Position numbers and translations under genes: made by a program. 64,000 nt of DNA from Planctomycetota bacterium. GTDB taxonomy: Bacteria > Planctomycetota > UBA8108 > UBA1146 > JAJFFE01. Every line of letters starts with the position of its first letter. The first letter of the stretch is position 1. The stretch lies in assembly GCA_039028735.1 (NCBI GenBank), contig JBCCHQ010000011.1:7127-71126 (forward strand), read 5' to 3'. Positions 1 to 10,091 of the stretch are shown in pieces. The notes below the pieces were generated by a model. The model worked only from the letters and a program-made list of their open reading frames with translations. It was not told the origin of the DNA and ran no database searches.

Positions 1-56
1 GTCCTTGCAGCAAACAGGGCAGAAACAAGAAAGCAGAGGATCAGCAGCGCACGCAT
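1..56 (-). CDS. 5' end of a secreted protein, truncated by the window edge
   Basis: ATG at 56 reads MRALLILCFLVSALFAAR..., a signal-peptide-like sequence, with a purine-rich AGAGAGAG upstream. Confidence 0.5.
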   Translation of the reverse strand, partial: MRALLILCFLVSALFAAR

Positions 57-311
57 ACGTACTCTCTCTCACTGATTGTTCATTTCTGAGAGGCAACGAG
101 CCTAGCGCGCAGTTTCGTATGCCGTGCAAGCCCGGTCAAGTACTCCCGGTGGTTCTATGACCCCGAGTGAGAGAGGCCAGATACGGCGGTGCTGCAGGAT
201 CGCAAACCGCCGCAACTCGCAGAGTGGAGCCGTCGCGCGCGGAAGGGTGCACGGGACGATGACCTAGGGTCGGGATGTCTCATGCCTCCATCGTCACGAG
301 ATATCTTGGCC

Positions 312-3083
312 TCACTTCCGACGCAGCTCGACGATCACGTCCGTCGGGTCGCCCACGCGGACATCGACGCGTCGGGGCGGGACCGGGTGGTACTTGTCGG
401 CGTCGATGTCTTTGAAGCTGACCTCGTAGACGCCGGGGGCGCTCACCTCGACGAGCATGTTGCTCTGCAGGCCGTCGCGCAGCACGCGACCGTCGTGGTC
501 GATCGGGCGAATGTTTCGCATCACGTACATCCCAGGGTCGCCGACCGGTAGCGCGACGCCGTCTTCGCGGAACTCGAATCGCATCGCGTAGGCAGGTCGG
601 AGCTTCAGCGTCAGTGTCTGAAGACCCGGCTTCAAATCGAGGACCTTCCCAGAGCCAGGGTCGCGATCCGCGCCGGTCGGGTACTTCGACCACACCATCA
701 CTTTGCCGGGCGGTGCCCAAAAACGAAAGCGGCCCGGTTCCTCAGTGTCAGCCTTCGTGAAGTCGTTCTGCCTCTGCAGCGGATGGGGTTCTTCGTTTCG
801 GTAGTACATCTCGTTGAGCGGTACGAGTTCGCCGGTCTCCCTGTGCACGGTTTCGGCGACCACCTCGGCGAGCTCTGGCATCACCAACTGCGCGTCGTCG
901 CGTCCTGAAGCGGGCAAGTCGATCATCCAAACCTTCAGAAACGGCATCAGCTGAACACGGTACACTCCGATCGGTTGGTCCTCGATGCGAAACGACCAAC
1001 TGGGGTTCGTGCCGCCGACGCGCTCGAGGTCGGCGAGCGAGAACTCAAAGTCCGGTCGACGCCACTTCTGCGTCGGTTGAAAGTAGACCTGCAACCGTAC
1101 CTTCTCTTCGGCCCACTCAACCGTCGGAGCTGGGAACGAGATCATGCCTCCGAGGGTCGCGCGCGCCGGAGGCGCGGGCGGGTCGGCCAACTCCAACAGC
1201 ACGTCGCGCGTCTGGCCGGCGGCGAGGGCAAGCTCCCCGGTGAGCTCTGCGCGCGCGAGGACTGGTTGCTTCGTCCACGACCCGCCACCAAGCTCGACGA
1301 CGACGCGGTACTCACCCGGCACCAGACTATCGAGGAGGAGGCCATCGCTCGCGAGCTTCTCGTCGAGCGGTGCGAAGTGGACCCAACTGTTTCCGCGGTC
1401 CTCGCGGATCCAGTAGATGCAGAGCATCGGCCGTGTGTCGAGCTCGGAGTAGCGTTCGACCTGCACGTTCGTCAACCGCACGTCCAGCGTCGCGCCAGGC
1501 TGCAGGAGCAACTCGCGCTCGCCCTTTGACACGTCGAGTGAAACCGAACCCCATGCGTACCCGGGTGCCCGCGCGGATACGCGGATGCCACGCGCGGGCG
1601 GCCGACGTCGCGCGAGCTCGACGAGGTGCGGATCGTCGTTCGTGGATGACAGCGCCAACGCTGCGACCGTGTTTTCGTTCGGCACTCGCCCGCCCATCAT
1701 CTCGATCGGTGAACTCACGCCGTCGCCAAACAACGTCGTCATCTCAGTGCGCCCGCGCCCCCAGATGGCCATGCCTGGGCCTTGGTCGATGCGAAGCTCG
1801 ATGTTGTCGAGGTGCGCCAGCGTCTGCGCGTCGCGCACAGCCAGCGTGAACGCCGGCCAGAACTCTGGGTGCACCAACTGCACCCGCACTTCGTGAACGG
1901 TCTGACCATTCGGGCACTCCACGCCGTCAGACAGCGGCACGCGGGTCAAAGCGAGGAAGCACGCCGGATGCTCGACCTCGACCTCCAACTCATCCACTCG
2001 GAGCTCTTCGTGGTACGCCGACACGCGCGCCAAGAACGGGTCGAGATTGAACTCGCTCTTCAGTGCGCTCGCTGCGCCTTGCCATTGCCACGACGCCCAA
2101 AGGTCCGATGGCCACTCTTTGCGACGCTCGTCCGAACCGGTCAAGGTGATGCGCGAGGTCGCCGCTTCCTGTGCTGTGACTCCGTCGAGAATCACGCGCA
2201 GTACATGCGTTCCTGCAACGGTAGGCGCCTCCAACGGTGTTTCGTCAGCGGCAGCAGGAACGCGTCCACTTTCTGTGATCAAGCGCTCGGATGCGTTGTC
2301 GGATGGTGTTTCGAAGCCGTGGGTATCACCAGGCCGCTGTGGAGAAGCAGCAAGATCGCTCCGCGATCCTTCAGAGGTGGCTGGCGGCTGCTGCATGAGT
2401 CGTGGAACGACCAACAACAAAAGAGCAATAAAGACGAACGCCAACGCGAGCTTCGCTTTTGTCGACATGAGGATTCCCTTCCCGATACTCGCAGCGGTGG
2501 CGCCCGCCCCGGATGCGACCTTCAACGGAGGCACCGGCATAGCCAGCGGCAGAAGCGCAAGCTGCCAAGATCGGCGATTGCCGTTCGCTCGGTCGTCGAG
2601 TTGTTCGCGCAGTCGCGCCATCCCCCGCTTCAGGCGAGTCTTGACGGTTTCTACGGGCACACCGAGCTGAGCCGCGATCGTGCGCGGAGGCAAGCCCTCG
2701 AAGAAGCGAAGAAGAACAACGTCACGCTGGCGATCGTCTAGTTGGCGAACCGCATCAACGATCCGCCGCCTGAGCTCCTCTCGCTCCAGGAGCTCTTCTG
2801 GTGTCGACACCGTGGTCGGTGAGAACGAACGTTGCTCTCTTCGATGCTTGCGATCTTCGTTGCGCCCCTGTTGGCGAACCACGTTTCTCACAACGGTCGC
2901 GAGCCATGCCTTCAGCCCGGGCCCTGGAGCGGGAGGGCGCTTGAGCGCAGCGAGCCACGTGCTTTGAACCACGTCGTCCACTCGGTCACCGCCAAAGACC
3001 AGGCGGTGAGCCAGACCACGAACGAAGTCCTCATGTTGTAGAAGCTCTTCGATGTCCAACGAGATCGTCCGTCCTGAGCGCAT
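312..3083 (-). CDS. ECF sigma-70 factor fused to a TM helix and a large extracytoplasmic beta-rich extension
   Basis: Region 2 (DDVVQSTW...WLATVVRN) and region 4 (VVLLRFFEGL...IAAQLGVPVETVKTRLKRG), then TM LALAFVFIALLLLVV and ~690 aa of beta-rich sequence. Confidence 0.9.
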   Translation of the reverse strand: MRSGRTISLDIEELLQHEDFVRGLAHRLVFGGDRVDDVVQSTWLAALKRPPAPGPGLKAWLATVVRNVVRQQGRNEDRKHRREQRSFSPTTVSTPEELLEREELRRRIVDAVRQLDDRQRDVVLLRFFEGLPPRTIAAQLGVPVETVKTRLKRGMARLREQLDDRANGNRRSWQLALLPLAMPVPPLKVASGAGATAASIGKGILMSTKAKLALAFVFIALLLLVVPRLMQQPPATSEGSRSDLAASPQRPGDTHGFETPSDNASERLITESGRVPAAADETPLEAPTVAGTHVLRVILDGVTAQEAATSRITLTGSDERRKEWPSDLWASWQWQGAASALKSEFNLDPFLARVSAYHEELRVDELEVEVEHPACFLALTRVPLSDGVECPNGQTVHEVRVQLVHPEFWPAFTLAVRDAQTLAHLDNIELRIDQGPGMAIWGRGRTEMTTLFGDGVSSPIEMMGGRVPNENTVAALALSSTNDDPHLVELARRRPPARGIRVSARAPGYAWGSVSLDVSKGERELLLQPGATLDVRLTNVQVERYSELDTRPMLCIYWIREDRGNSWVHFAPLDEKLASDGLLLDSLVPGEYRVVVELGGGSWTKQPVLARAELTGELALAAGQTRDVLLELADPPAPPARATLGGMISFPAPTVEWAEEKVRLQVYFQPTQKWRRPDFEFSLADLERVGGTNPSWSFRIEDQPIGVYRVQLMPFLKVWMIDLPASGRDDAQLVMPELAEVVAETVHRETGELVPLNEMYYRNEEPHPLQRQNDFTKADTEEPGRFRFWAPPGKVMVWSKYPTGADRDPGSGKVLDLKPGLQTLTLKLRPAYAMRFEFREDGVALPVGDPGMYVMRNIRPIDHDGRVLRDGLQSNMLVEVSAPGVYEVSFKDIDADKYHPVPPRRVDVRVGDPTDVIVELRRK

Positions 3084-3167
3084 TCCGACTCGCGCTCAGT
3101 CACTACATCCCACCGAAGGGCGATCGAGTTCAGAAAAACTCAATAGAATGCCAAGCCGAGAGCTAGA

Positions 3168-4712
3168 TCATGCCGGGACCGGCGTCTCCTGCAAGCTGAG
3201 CTCGGCCATCTCCTTACCTGCCTCGACGAGCGGCACCCCGACAGCCTGGATACCCTCCTCACGCAGTGCGACGTCGTCAGCCTCTTCGCGAACGAGTGCG
3301 CGAATCGCGCCGCGGTACCCTTCCTCACGCAGTAGCCGGGCGGAGCGCAACTTCGCCTTGAGGTTAGGCACAGCCAGCAGCACGCCTTGGACCTGATCGA
3401 GGTTGAGGTGGCGCCACAGTTCCGGGTCTTGCGCATCGGCGAAATGCACGCGTCGACCAGCCTGCAGATTCTCGGCGAGCCGGTTGGGATCCGCTTCGAA
3501 ACCCAGCGGTCGTTCTCCATGTTCCACCAGGTAGTCGTACGCCGCCGCACCAGCGCGTCCCATCCCGACAACAATGTAGGCTGCCGAGCCGATGGACTCG
3601 GGCTGCTTGTCGGGATGTTCCACCTCGGCCCGCTCCCACCGCACCAACCACGATTCGAGGCGCAGCCAAAGCCGGTTGGCCTTTTGGTTCGCGTAGGCAT
3701 TGAGTGCGTAGGAGAGCACAACCAACAACGCGATCGCGAGCACCACCTCGGTCGGGACAACTCCCGACGCCGCCCCCGCAGTCGCAACAATGAGCGCAAA
3801 CTCGCTGTATGCTGCCAGCGCGAGCGATGTCATGAAGCCCGTCCGCGCGCGCAATCTGAAGATCATGAACAGGCCGAAGAAGCAGACAGCCTTGAGCGGC
3901 AACAGCGCGAGTAGAACGAGCGCTGTCAGCACACCGCTAGGTTCCGGAAATCCTGCGAGCCCCACGAGCAGGAAGAAGCCGATCAGGAACAGTTCCTTGA
4001 TCCCCCACAGTCGCTTGGACAGCTCATCCGCTTTTGTGTCTCCGGCCAAGAGTATCCCAGCCACCAGAGCTCCGAGCTTGGCATCCAAACCGACCAGCTC
4101 GAACATCGCACCACCGCCTACCGCCAGCAGCACGCCAAAGAGAAGCAGCAGGTCGTCGTGGTCGGTGAGACGCAGGAAGTAGAGGAGTGCCGGTCGCAGT
4201 AGCGGCAGGCCAATCAGGCAGAGTGCCCAAAGCGTTGGTGTCGCCGACCCCGTGAAGGCCAACAGCGCGACAGCAACAAGGTCCTGCAGAATCAAGATGC
4301 CGATCGCTAGGCGCCCGTGGTACGAGTCCAGCTCGTCTCGAGATTCGAGAGCCTTCGCCGTGAGCACCGTGCTCGAGAACCCAAGGCCGATGGCCATCAG
4401 CAACGCTGAAGTGCCCGTGAACCCCAGAAGCAGTAACACCCCGCTGTAGATCATGGCACTGACAAGCAGGTGTAGCCCACCTACGCCCAGGACCTCGATA
4501 CGCAACACATTCTGCAGACGGATGTGCAGCCCCAGGGTGAACAGGAGGAACATCACCCCCAGGTCACCGATCTGCTTCAGTGTGGCGTCGGCCTTGAAAC
4601 CCAATGCTGCAAGCAGCAGCCCAGCGACCAAGTACCCGACAAGCGTCGGGAGCTTGATCAACTTAACCGCTAGGCCAACTGCCCACGCTACAACGAGAAA
4701 GAAGACGTCCAT
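3168..4712 (-). CDS. Cation:proton antiporter (CPA2, KefC/YbaL-like) with C-terminal TrkA-N/KTN domain
   Basis: Many TM helices, SSTV and GILILQD motifs, C-terminal VVGMGRAG Rossmann motif. Confidence 0.9.
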   Translation of the reverse strand: MDVFFLVVAWAVGLAVKLIKLPTLVGYLVAGLLLAALGFKADATLKQIGDLGVMFLLFTLGLHIRLQNVLRIEVLGVGGLHLLVSAMIYSGVLLLLGFTGTSALLMAIGLGFSSTVLTAKALESRDELDSYHGRLAIGILILQDLVAVALLAFTGSATPTLWALCLIGLPLLRPALLYFLRLTDHDDLLLLFGVLLAVGGGAMFELVGLDAKLGALVAGILLAGDTKADELSKRLWGIKELFLIGFFLLVGLAGFPEPSGVLTALVLLALLPLKAVCFFGLFMIFRLRARTGFMTSLALAAYSEFALIVATAGAASGVVPTEVVLAIALLVVLSYALNAYANQKANRLWLRLESWLVRWERAEVEHPDKQPESIGSAAYIVVGMGRAGAAAYDYLVEHGERPLGFEADPNRLAENLQAGRRVHFADAQDPELWRHLNLDQVQGVLLAVPNLKAKLRSARLLREEGYRGAIRALVREEADDVALREEGIQAVGVPLVEAGKEMAELSLQETPVPA

Positions 4713-5357
4713 AACCGTTGATCCTCTGGTCCCACTGGTGCGTATGCTTCAAAACCAGACGGCAACCCTAAGGTCCGAGAAAGTTGCCCCACGCCTGAAC
4801 CGAACGCTCTGCTGGAGCACCGGATCCGCTACTTAGAATATCGAGCGACGAAACATTATTGTTCACACAATAGTGACAAACAGCCTGCCACTTGAGGTCG
4901 CGATCGACCTGCTATCACCAAGAACGATCCTGGACCCTCGAGATACCTGCCACCAAATGCATGAGCCGAACAATCCGACTGGTGCGCTTGGTGCCGCGCC
5001 CCCGTCCTCGGGTCCCAGTGGCTGCGGCCCTGATCCGACGCTAGACACACTCCCCTTCACTGCGAGTATCTGCCGCAAGTCTGGCGTTTGACAATCCAGA
5101 GACTCCACAGAACCTGATTACGTTTCCTTCTCTCCGCGCCAAATCAGACGACACTCTCGAACTCGACGAGGAGCGAGCGGGCATTCGTGACGCTCGATTC
5201 AGATCTGCCTTCCATGGCGCTGCGATATCGAGTGATCGTTTGGGCGATGGATGCGTTCTACGCTGCGTTGCGCGGCGGGACTCGCAAGGACATGACGCCG
5301 AACCTATCGGCGGTTGTCGAAGCTGTACCGCGACGCCGAACGCTCGTAACTCTCCCG

Positions 5358-6332
5358 CTAGATCGAGGGATTGGCCCATTCGCTCGCGGGGAGATCAAGG
5401 TAGGGTGCGTCTTCTCTCACGTTGCGTGCGGCTCGCTCCAGGAAACGTTCGTGAATCGGACGCTTCTTCGGCATCGTCTTGGTTAGGAACAGAACGGTCA
5501 CTTCGCGGAGGGAGAGAAAGTCATCGACTCCGTGAGGCCAGGTCTCGGGAAGCTTATGCACTGACGTATAGCCACGCAGGAATGGTCCGGTGAACGACGC
5601 GATGGCCTCGTGGTCGAGGTTCTCTTCGCCGAAGAAGCGATAGAAAAGACAGATCGCCAAATCGTGAGTGGCGCTCCCATAGGCACAGTCGTCGAAGTCG
5701 AAGAGCGTCATGGTGCCGTCTTCGGCAACGTGCAGGTTGCCATGATGGGCATCCTGATGAATGAGAAGCTCGGTGCCGCCGGCAGGGACCGCACGCGCGC
5801 GATCGACGATTGTCTCAAAGCGAGACCGTAGCGGATCGTCGCCAAACCCCGGATCCAGCTGCGAGCCAAACCACGGCGGTCGTCGATGCGAGGGCTTGCT
5901 GGGAACGAAGTCGTTTGCGGCCACGTGCAACCGGCCGAGTGTACGACCGTAGGTCTCGCAGTCCTGACTTGTCCACAGCTCCGGTGACTTGTGGGCCCCG
6001 GGAGCCGCGGACATCGCAACAATGAGCACCGGCGCTCCCGCCTCGGTCAGCCGCTCGACACACAGATGGCCGTCTTTTGTGTGCACGGGACGTACGACGG
6101 GCGCGCCGCGCCGGGCAAGATGTTCAACGAACTCGAATTCCCCTCTGATCTGATCGACGCTTCGGCGGCCTGCGTGCGTGACGCGCACGACGACGCCAGG
6201 TGGATCCGTCGAGCGGAACAGCAGGTTCTCGAAACCACCGATAGGTTCGATCTTCCGCAGGCCGAAGAGCCCCGCGATTCGGTCTAGCTCCTCGTCCCCA
6301 AGCACGAGATCTGCGGCACGAACAATAGGCAT
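5358..6332 (-). CDS. Phosphotransferase, APH/homoserine kinase type II-like
   Basis: GFENLLF N-lobe, LIHQDAHHGN catalytic loop, LFDFDD metal-binding motif. Confidence 0.85.
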   Translation of the reverse strand: MPIVRAADLVLGDEELDRIAGLFGLRKIEPIGGFENLLFRSTDPPGVVVRVTHAGRRSVDQIRGEFEFVEHLARRGAPVVRPVHTKDGHLCVERLTEAGAPVLIVAMSAAPGAHKSPELWTSQDCETYGRTLGRLHVAANDFVPSKPSHRRPPWFGSQLDPGFGDDPLRSRFETIVDRARAVPAGGTELLIHQDAHHGNLHVAEDGTMTLFDFDDCAYGSATHDLAICLFYRFFGEENLDHEAIASFTGPFLRGYTSVHKLPETWPHGVDDFLSLREVTVLFLTKTMPKKRPIHERFLERAARNVREDAPYLDLPASEWANPSI

Positions 6333-6533
6333 ACGGAACTATCCTTCCGACGATCTGTGGGCTACAACCCGTCGTGGAACGCGAGTTCAAAGGGGCAATA
6401 GTTTCGGCGACTTCCCAGGAATGCGCAATCTGCACGGCGCGTTTCCCCGAACAACCAAGGGGCCCGATCGCCGACTTGGAGTCGGATCGTAGGGGTTCTC
6501 GACTGATCCGGGAACGAGGCAAGTGGGACGCAG

Positions 6534-7223
6534 ATGAAACCTCTTTTGAAGATCGTGCTGGTGCTATGGCTCTTCTTCACCAGCATCCTGATCCTGCTAA
6601 AGGTCACCGGGCTCGTGACCGTCGAGAAGATCAAGCTCTGGATCGAGATGGCCGAAGAGGCCGACCCGACCTACGCCGCCCTGGCCGTCGCGGGCCTGCT
6701 CTTCGTCGATCTCTTCATCGCCATTCCATCCACCACCGTCACACTTCTCGGCGGCTACTTTCTGGGACCTGTCTACGGTGCGATCGCTGCCTTCACCGGC
6801 CTGCTGCTCGCCGGGACGACCGGCTACGGCATCAGCAGGAGGTACGGAGACTCGCTGCTCAACTTCCTGATTCGGAACGAAGAGAAGCGTGCCGAAGCGG
6901 TCGAGTTGTTTCGCACTCACGGAGCCGTCGTCGTGCTGCTCTCGCGGGCGATGCCGCTCCTGCCCGAAGTGTCGGCCTGCATGGCAGGAATGACTCGCAT
7001 GCCGTTCGCGAAGTTCCTCCTGGCCTGGGTCGTCAGCACCGCGCCCTACGCGATGATCGCGTCGTATGCCGGTTCGGTGAGCACAGTCGAGAATCCTCTC
7101 CCAGCAATCCTCGCGGTGATCGGGCTCACCGGGTTCTTCTGGCTCGGCGGCTTCGTCATCAAGAAGAGAAACGACGGCAAACAAAGAGACGGCGACCTGC
7201 AGAGCGAGGCGTCGCGAGTCTGA
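6534..7223 (+). CDS. VTT/DedA (TVP38/TMEM64-like) membrane protein
   Basis: Hydrophobic; PSTTVTLLGGYFLG and LLSRAMPLLPEVSACMAG motifs. Confidence 0.85.
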   Translation: MKPLLKIVLVLWLFFTSILILLKVTGLVTVEKIKLWIEMAEEADPTYAALAVAGLLFVDLFIAIPSTTVTLLGGYFLGPVYGAIAAFTGLLLAGTTGYGISRRYGDSLLNFLIRNEEKRAEAVELFRTHGAVVVLLSRAMPLLPEVSACMAGMTRMPFAKFLLAWVVSTAPYAMIASYAGSVSTVENPLPAILAVIGLTGFFWLGGFVIKKRNDGKQRDGDLQSEASRV

Positions 7224-7316
7224 CGTTCCGCGACAACTCGATACGCGAACAAAGCGCTGACTATTGTGCAACCCGGTCACACTTCCGAAGCGGCAGCTAC
7301 CTGAAAGGCTGAAGTC

Positions 7317-7808
7317 ATGACGAGCCTGATCCTGCTTATCGTCGCGACGTTCCTATGTACCCTGGTGGCGGGTTTCGTCCTGACCTTCGCCATTGTGGTG
7401 ATGCCTGGGATTCGGACCCTGGGTGATGGCGACTTCCTGCGCGCTTTCCAGGTGATGGACCGGGTCATCCAGAAGGGGCAACCTGTCTTCATGCTGGTCT
7501 GGCTTGGATCAGCCGTCGCACTGATTGCTGCCAATGCCGTTGGCTTCGCAGGCATGGACGCAACGGGGCGCACACTCGTGACGACGGCGACAGTGGTGTA
7601 CCTGCTGGGTGTTCAGCTACTGACGGTTGTCATCAATATCCCGTTGAACAACAAAGTGCAAACCCTCGACATACCAAGCATGGACACAGACGCTTTGAGT
7701 GAAGCGCGTCGTGAGTTCGAAGCGCGCTGGAACGCTGCGAACCTCACACGGACGCTCTTGTCCAGCGTAGTTGCCCTCTTACTGATGACGCAGCTCCATC
7801 GAAGCTAG
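7317..7808 (+). CDS. DUF1772 / anthrone oxygenase family membrane protein
   Basis: 4 TM; VVMPG, INIPLNN and FEARWNAANLTRT motifs. Confidence 0.85.
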   Translation: MTSLILLIVATFLCTLVAGFVLTFAIVVMPGIRTLGDGDFLRAFQVMDRVIQKGQPVFMLVWLGSAVALIAANAVGFAGMDATGRTLVTTATVVYLLGVQLLTVVINIPLNNKVQTLDIPSMDTDALSEARREFEARWNAANLTRTLLSSVVALLLMTQLHRS

Positions 7809-7948
7809 GCAGCGCTTTCGCATTCGAGCCGAGAGTCCGACAATCATGGGATCATGACGCCTTCGGAAGCACGAGTTCGTACTCCCAGTAGTCCGTGAAG
7901 AGAACCCGTCCTCGCACTGCCCCACCCGCACGACCTCTAGCGACTCTT

Positions 7949-9580
7949 CTATTTGACCTCAGGGTGAAACAGATGCTTCTTCAAATCGATGACCCGTTCC
8001 TTCTTGTCGGCGGTCATCAGAATGCTGATCCCTGATTCGCCCACGGTCTCGAAGTATTCGATGCGCAGGTCGTGTAGGCCGGGGGTGAGTTCGATGCTGC
8101 TCTTGGGAAAACTGTCGTTGGCGCGGCGCCAGGAATTCATGACCTGGCGGCCGTCGATCCAGATGCGAACGCCATCAGAGACCTGCACGTAAAAGGTGTA
8201 ATTGTCTTCCTCGGGCAGCTCGAGCCAGCCTTGCCAGCGAGCCGAGAAGTAGTCGCGGGGGACGCGGCGATCAGGGGAATGCCAGCTCCAGCGGAAACTG
8301 ATCTCGGAGTCGATGCGGGTCAGGACGAGGTCTTTCTCCGCCAGCTCAACGCCTTTGAAATAGCTACCGTGCAGGCCCGCTTTCTTGTCCTGGGTGCGTG
8401 CGAGAATCGCGTTGCGGGCGGTGGTCAGCTGCTGCAGCGCGGTCCAGGCGACCGGCTCTTCAATAGACTGGCCGTAGTGATCGGCGAGTCGCGTATAGGC
8501 GCGCTCGAGGCCATCGAGATGACCGCGGCGGGCAAGGATCGTGAGCATCTGCTTGTGGGCTTCGGGCCAGCGCTTCAATTCCATCAGGGCGCTAGCGCGA
8601 TTGATGGAAACGATATCGTCTTCGGGCCAGGCCTTGAGGGCGGTATCGAACTCGCCCAGGGCTGCCTTGTAGTCACGCTGGCGGGCGGCGATCACGCCGA
8701 GGTTGATGCGGGCTTCGATGAGATGGCCGTCCAATTGCAGAGCTTGCTGAAACTCGCGGCGGGCCACGTCCAGCTGGTCCTGCTTCAGCAAAGCGTAGCC
8801 GTGATTGTTGATGAGGTGAGCGGCGGCCTGGCGGGGCTCGAGGCGGCGCAGCAATCCGTAGCGCTGTCGGTACCAGGCTTCCGATCGGACCTTGCCGCCT
8901 TGCGTGGTTTCGATGTTGAGATCGGCGTTCGTGCCGTAGCGCACGAAGATGTGGCGCGGGGCCCAGAAGATCTGCAGCGGCCACTCGAGACGTTCGCCGA
9001 GGTCGACGAGCAGTAGCGAGAGGCCGAGGCAGAAGCCGCGTTTGCGCTCGAGGATGGCATCGGGGTAGAGGTTGTCGAGGGTGCTGAGATCGAGGTCGGC
9101 GTCGATGCCACGCTGGACGAAGAGAAAGCGTTGCAGCAGCGCGGCGCGGGTCGTGGCGCTGGTGGGCGAGCCTTCCTTTTCGAAGAAGCGGAGGAACTCA
9201 TCGGCGAGGCGGGCCATGGTGCGTTCGTGAGCTGCGCTGTTGCGGCCAGCGGCCGTGAGAAACTCGCGGGTGATGGCGCGGTACGTGAGGGGTTCCTTGG
9301 CAGTGCGACGGGTGAAGGCCAGGAAGCTATCGTCGAGGGCGCGAATGCCGGGCTGCTTGGGCAACTCGGGCTGCGATGACTGGGCGCGGGCCGCCCTAGG
9401 AGCCGGGAGCAGTAGAGCTGCGGCGCCAGTCATCAGGGCCGGAGTGATCAGGGCCAGAGTGATCAGGGCCAGAGTGATCAGGCTGCGGGTGATCAGGCTG
9501 CGGGTGATCAGAGGACGCGCGGAGCTGCAGGGCATGGGAGATCTTCGTGCTGAGAGTTGGCGGCGCGGGTCCAATGACAA
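7949..9580 (-). CDS. Secreted transglutaminase-like (SirB1/Transglut_core2) + TPR + PA14 protein; start uncertain
   Basis: RGFCLGLS...PRHIFVRY...NIETT (Cys-His-Glu), TPR helices, PA14 signature FSARWQG...SDGVRIWIDG...GLHDLRIEYFE. Confidence 0.8.
   Translation of the reverse strand: MSLDPRRQLSARRSPMPCSSARPLITRSLITRSLITLALITLALITPALMTGAAALLLPAPRAARAQSSQPELPKQPGIRALDDSFLAFTRRTAKEPLTYRAITREFLTAAGRNSAAHERTMARLADEFLRFFEKEGSPTSATTRAALLQRFLFVQRGIDADLDLSTLDNLYPDAILERKRGFCLGLSLLLVDLGERLEWPLQIFWAPRHIFVRYGTNADLNIETTQGGKVRSEAWYRQRYGLLRRLEPRQAAAHLINNHGYALLKQDQLDVARREFQQALQLDGHLIEARINLGVIAARQRDYKAALGEFDTALKAWPEDDIVSINRASALMELKRWPEAHKQMLTILARRGHLDGLERAYTRLADHYGQSIEEPVAWTALQQLTTARNAILARTQDKKAGLHGSYFKGVELAEKDLVLTRIDSEISFRWSWHSPDRRVPRDYFSARWQGWLELPEEDNYTFYVQVSDGVRIWIDGRQVMNSWRRANDSFPKSSIELTPGLHDLRIEYFETVGESGISILMTADKKERVIDLKKHLFHPEVK
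9429..9511. repeat. 15-bp in-frame tandem repeat, 6 degenerate units
   Basis: GT(G/C)ATCAG at 9429, 9444, 9459, 9474, 9489, 9504; encodes LITRS-LITRS-LITLA-LITLA-LITPA-LMTGA on the minus strand. Confidence 0.9.
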
Positions 9581-9620
9581 GGCGATCCAGAAGGCGAGCC
9601 CCTTCAGAGACGAGGTGAAG

Positions 9621-9660
9621 AAAAAACAGCCTGCGTAGCGGTGTGCTACGCAGGCTGTTT
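9621..9660 (-). terminator. Rho-independent terminator of 9681-10091
   Basis: Perfect 16-bp stem AAACAGCCTGCGTAGC/GCTACGCAGGCTGTTT, 5-nt loop, T-tract on the minus strand, 20 nt after the stop. Confidence 0.85.
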
Positions 9661-9680
9661 CGGCGAAGCGAAGAAGCTGA

Positions 9681-10091
9681 TCACTTCTTGGCTGCCTTGA
9701 TCCCCTTGAGCATCAGCTTGATCTCGGCGATCTCCTTGCGGAGCTGGTTCACCTCGTAGCGAAGCTCTTGCGTCTCGGTCTTCTTCTTACCAGTAGCCTT
9801 CGTGAACTGCTGGCTATCGAGAATCCCAGCCGCAGCCGCGACAAAGGTGTCGACATGCGGATCGAGGGCGCGGTTCGGCTTGCCCTGCTGGTTGTAGAGA
9901 CGCTCGGTAGCGCGGAACTGCTTGTTGAGGTCCCACAGCGAGGCGATCTGGTCCTTGTTGAGAGAACCCTTCATGCGCTCGATCTTGGTGAAGATCTCGT
10001 TGAAGTAATCCGAGTGGCACGCCAACGCGGTGCTGGTAGAGAACACACAAACAACCATCGCAATGACGACAAACTGGGCAGACTTACGCAT
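9681..10091 (-). CDS. Small secreted helical protein of unknown function
   Basis: ATG 10091 with GAAAGGA RBS; signal peptide ending ALA-C; C-terminal coiled coil; own terminator. Confidence 0.75.
   Translation of the reverse strand: MRKSAQFVVIAMVVCVFSTSTALACHSDYFNEIFTKIERMKGSLNKDQIASLWDLNKQFRATERLYNQQGKPNRALDPHVDTFVAAAAGILDSQQFTKATGKKKTETQELRYEVNQLRKEIAEIKLMLKGIKAAKK

Noticed and set aside
5214-5270. MDAFYA hexapeptide resembling the DinB (Pol IV) DMDAFYA motif
   Set aside because: The first catalytic Asp is missing and the following sequence does not match DinB; chance match or unprovable remnant.
9429-9511. Short repeats as a possible CRISPR array
   Set aside because: 15-bp period, no unique spacers, in-frame within a CDS, no cas genes.
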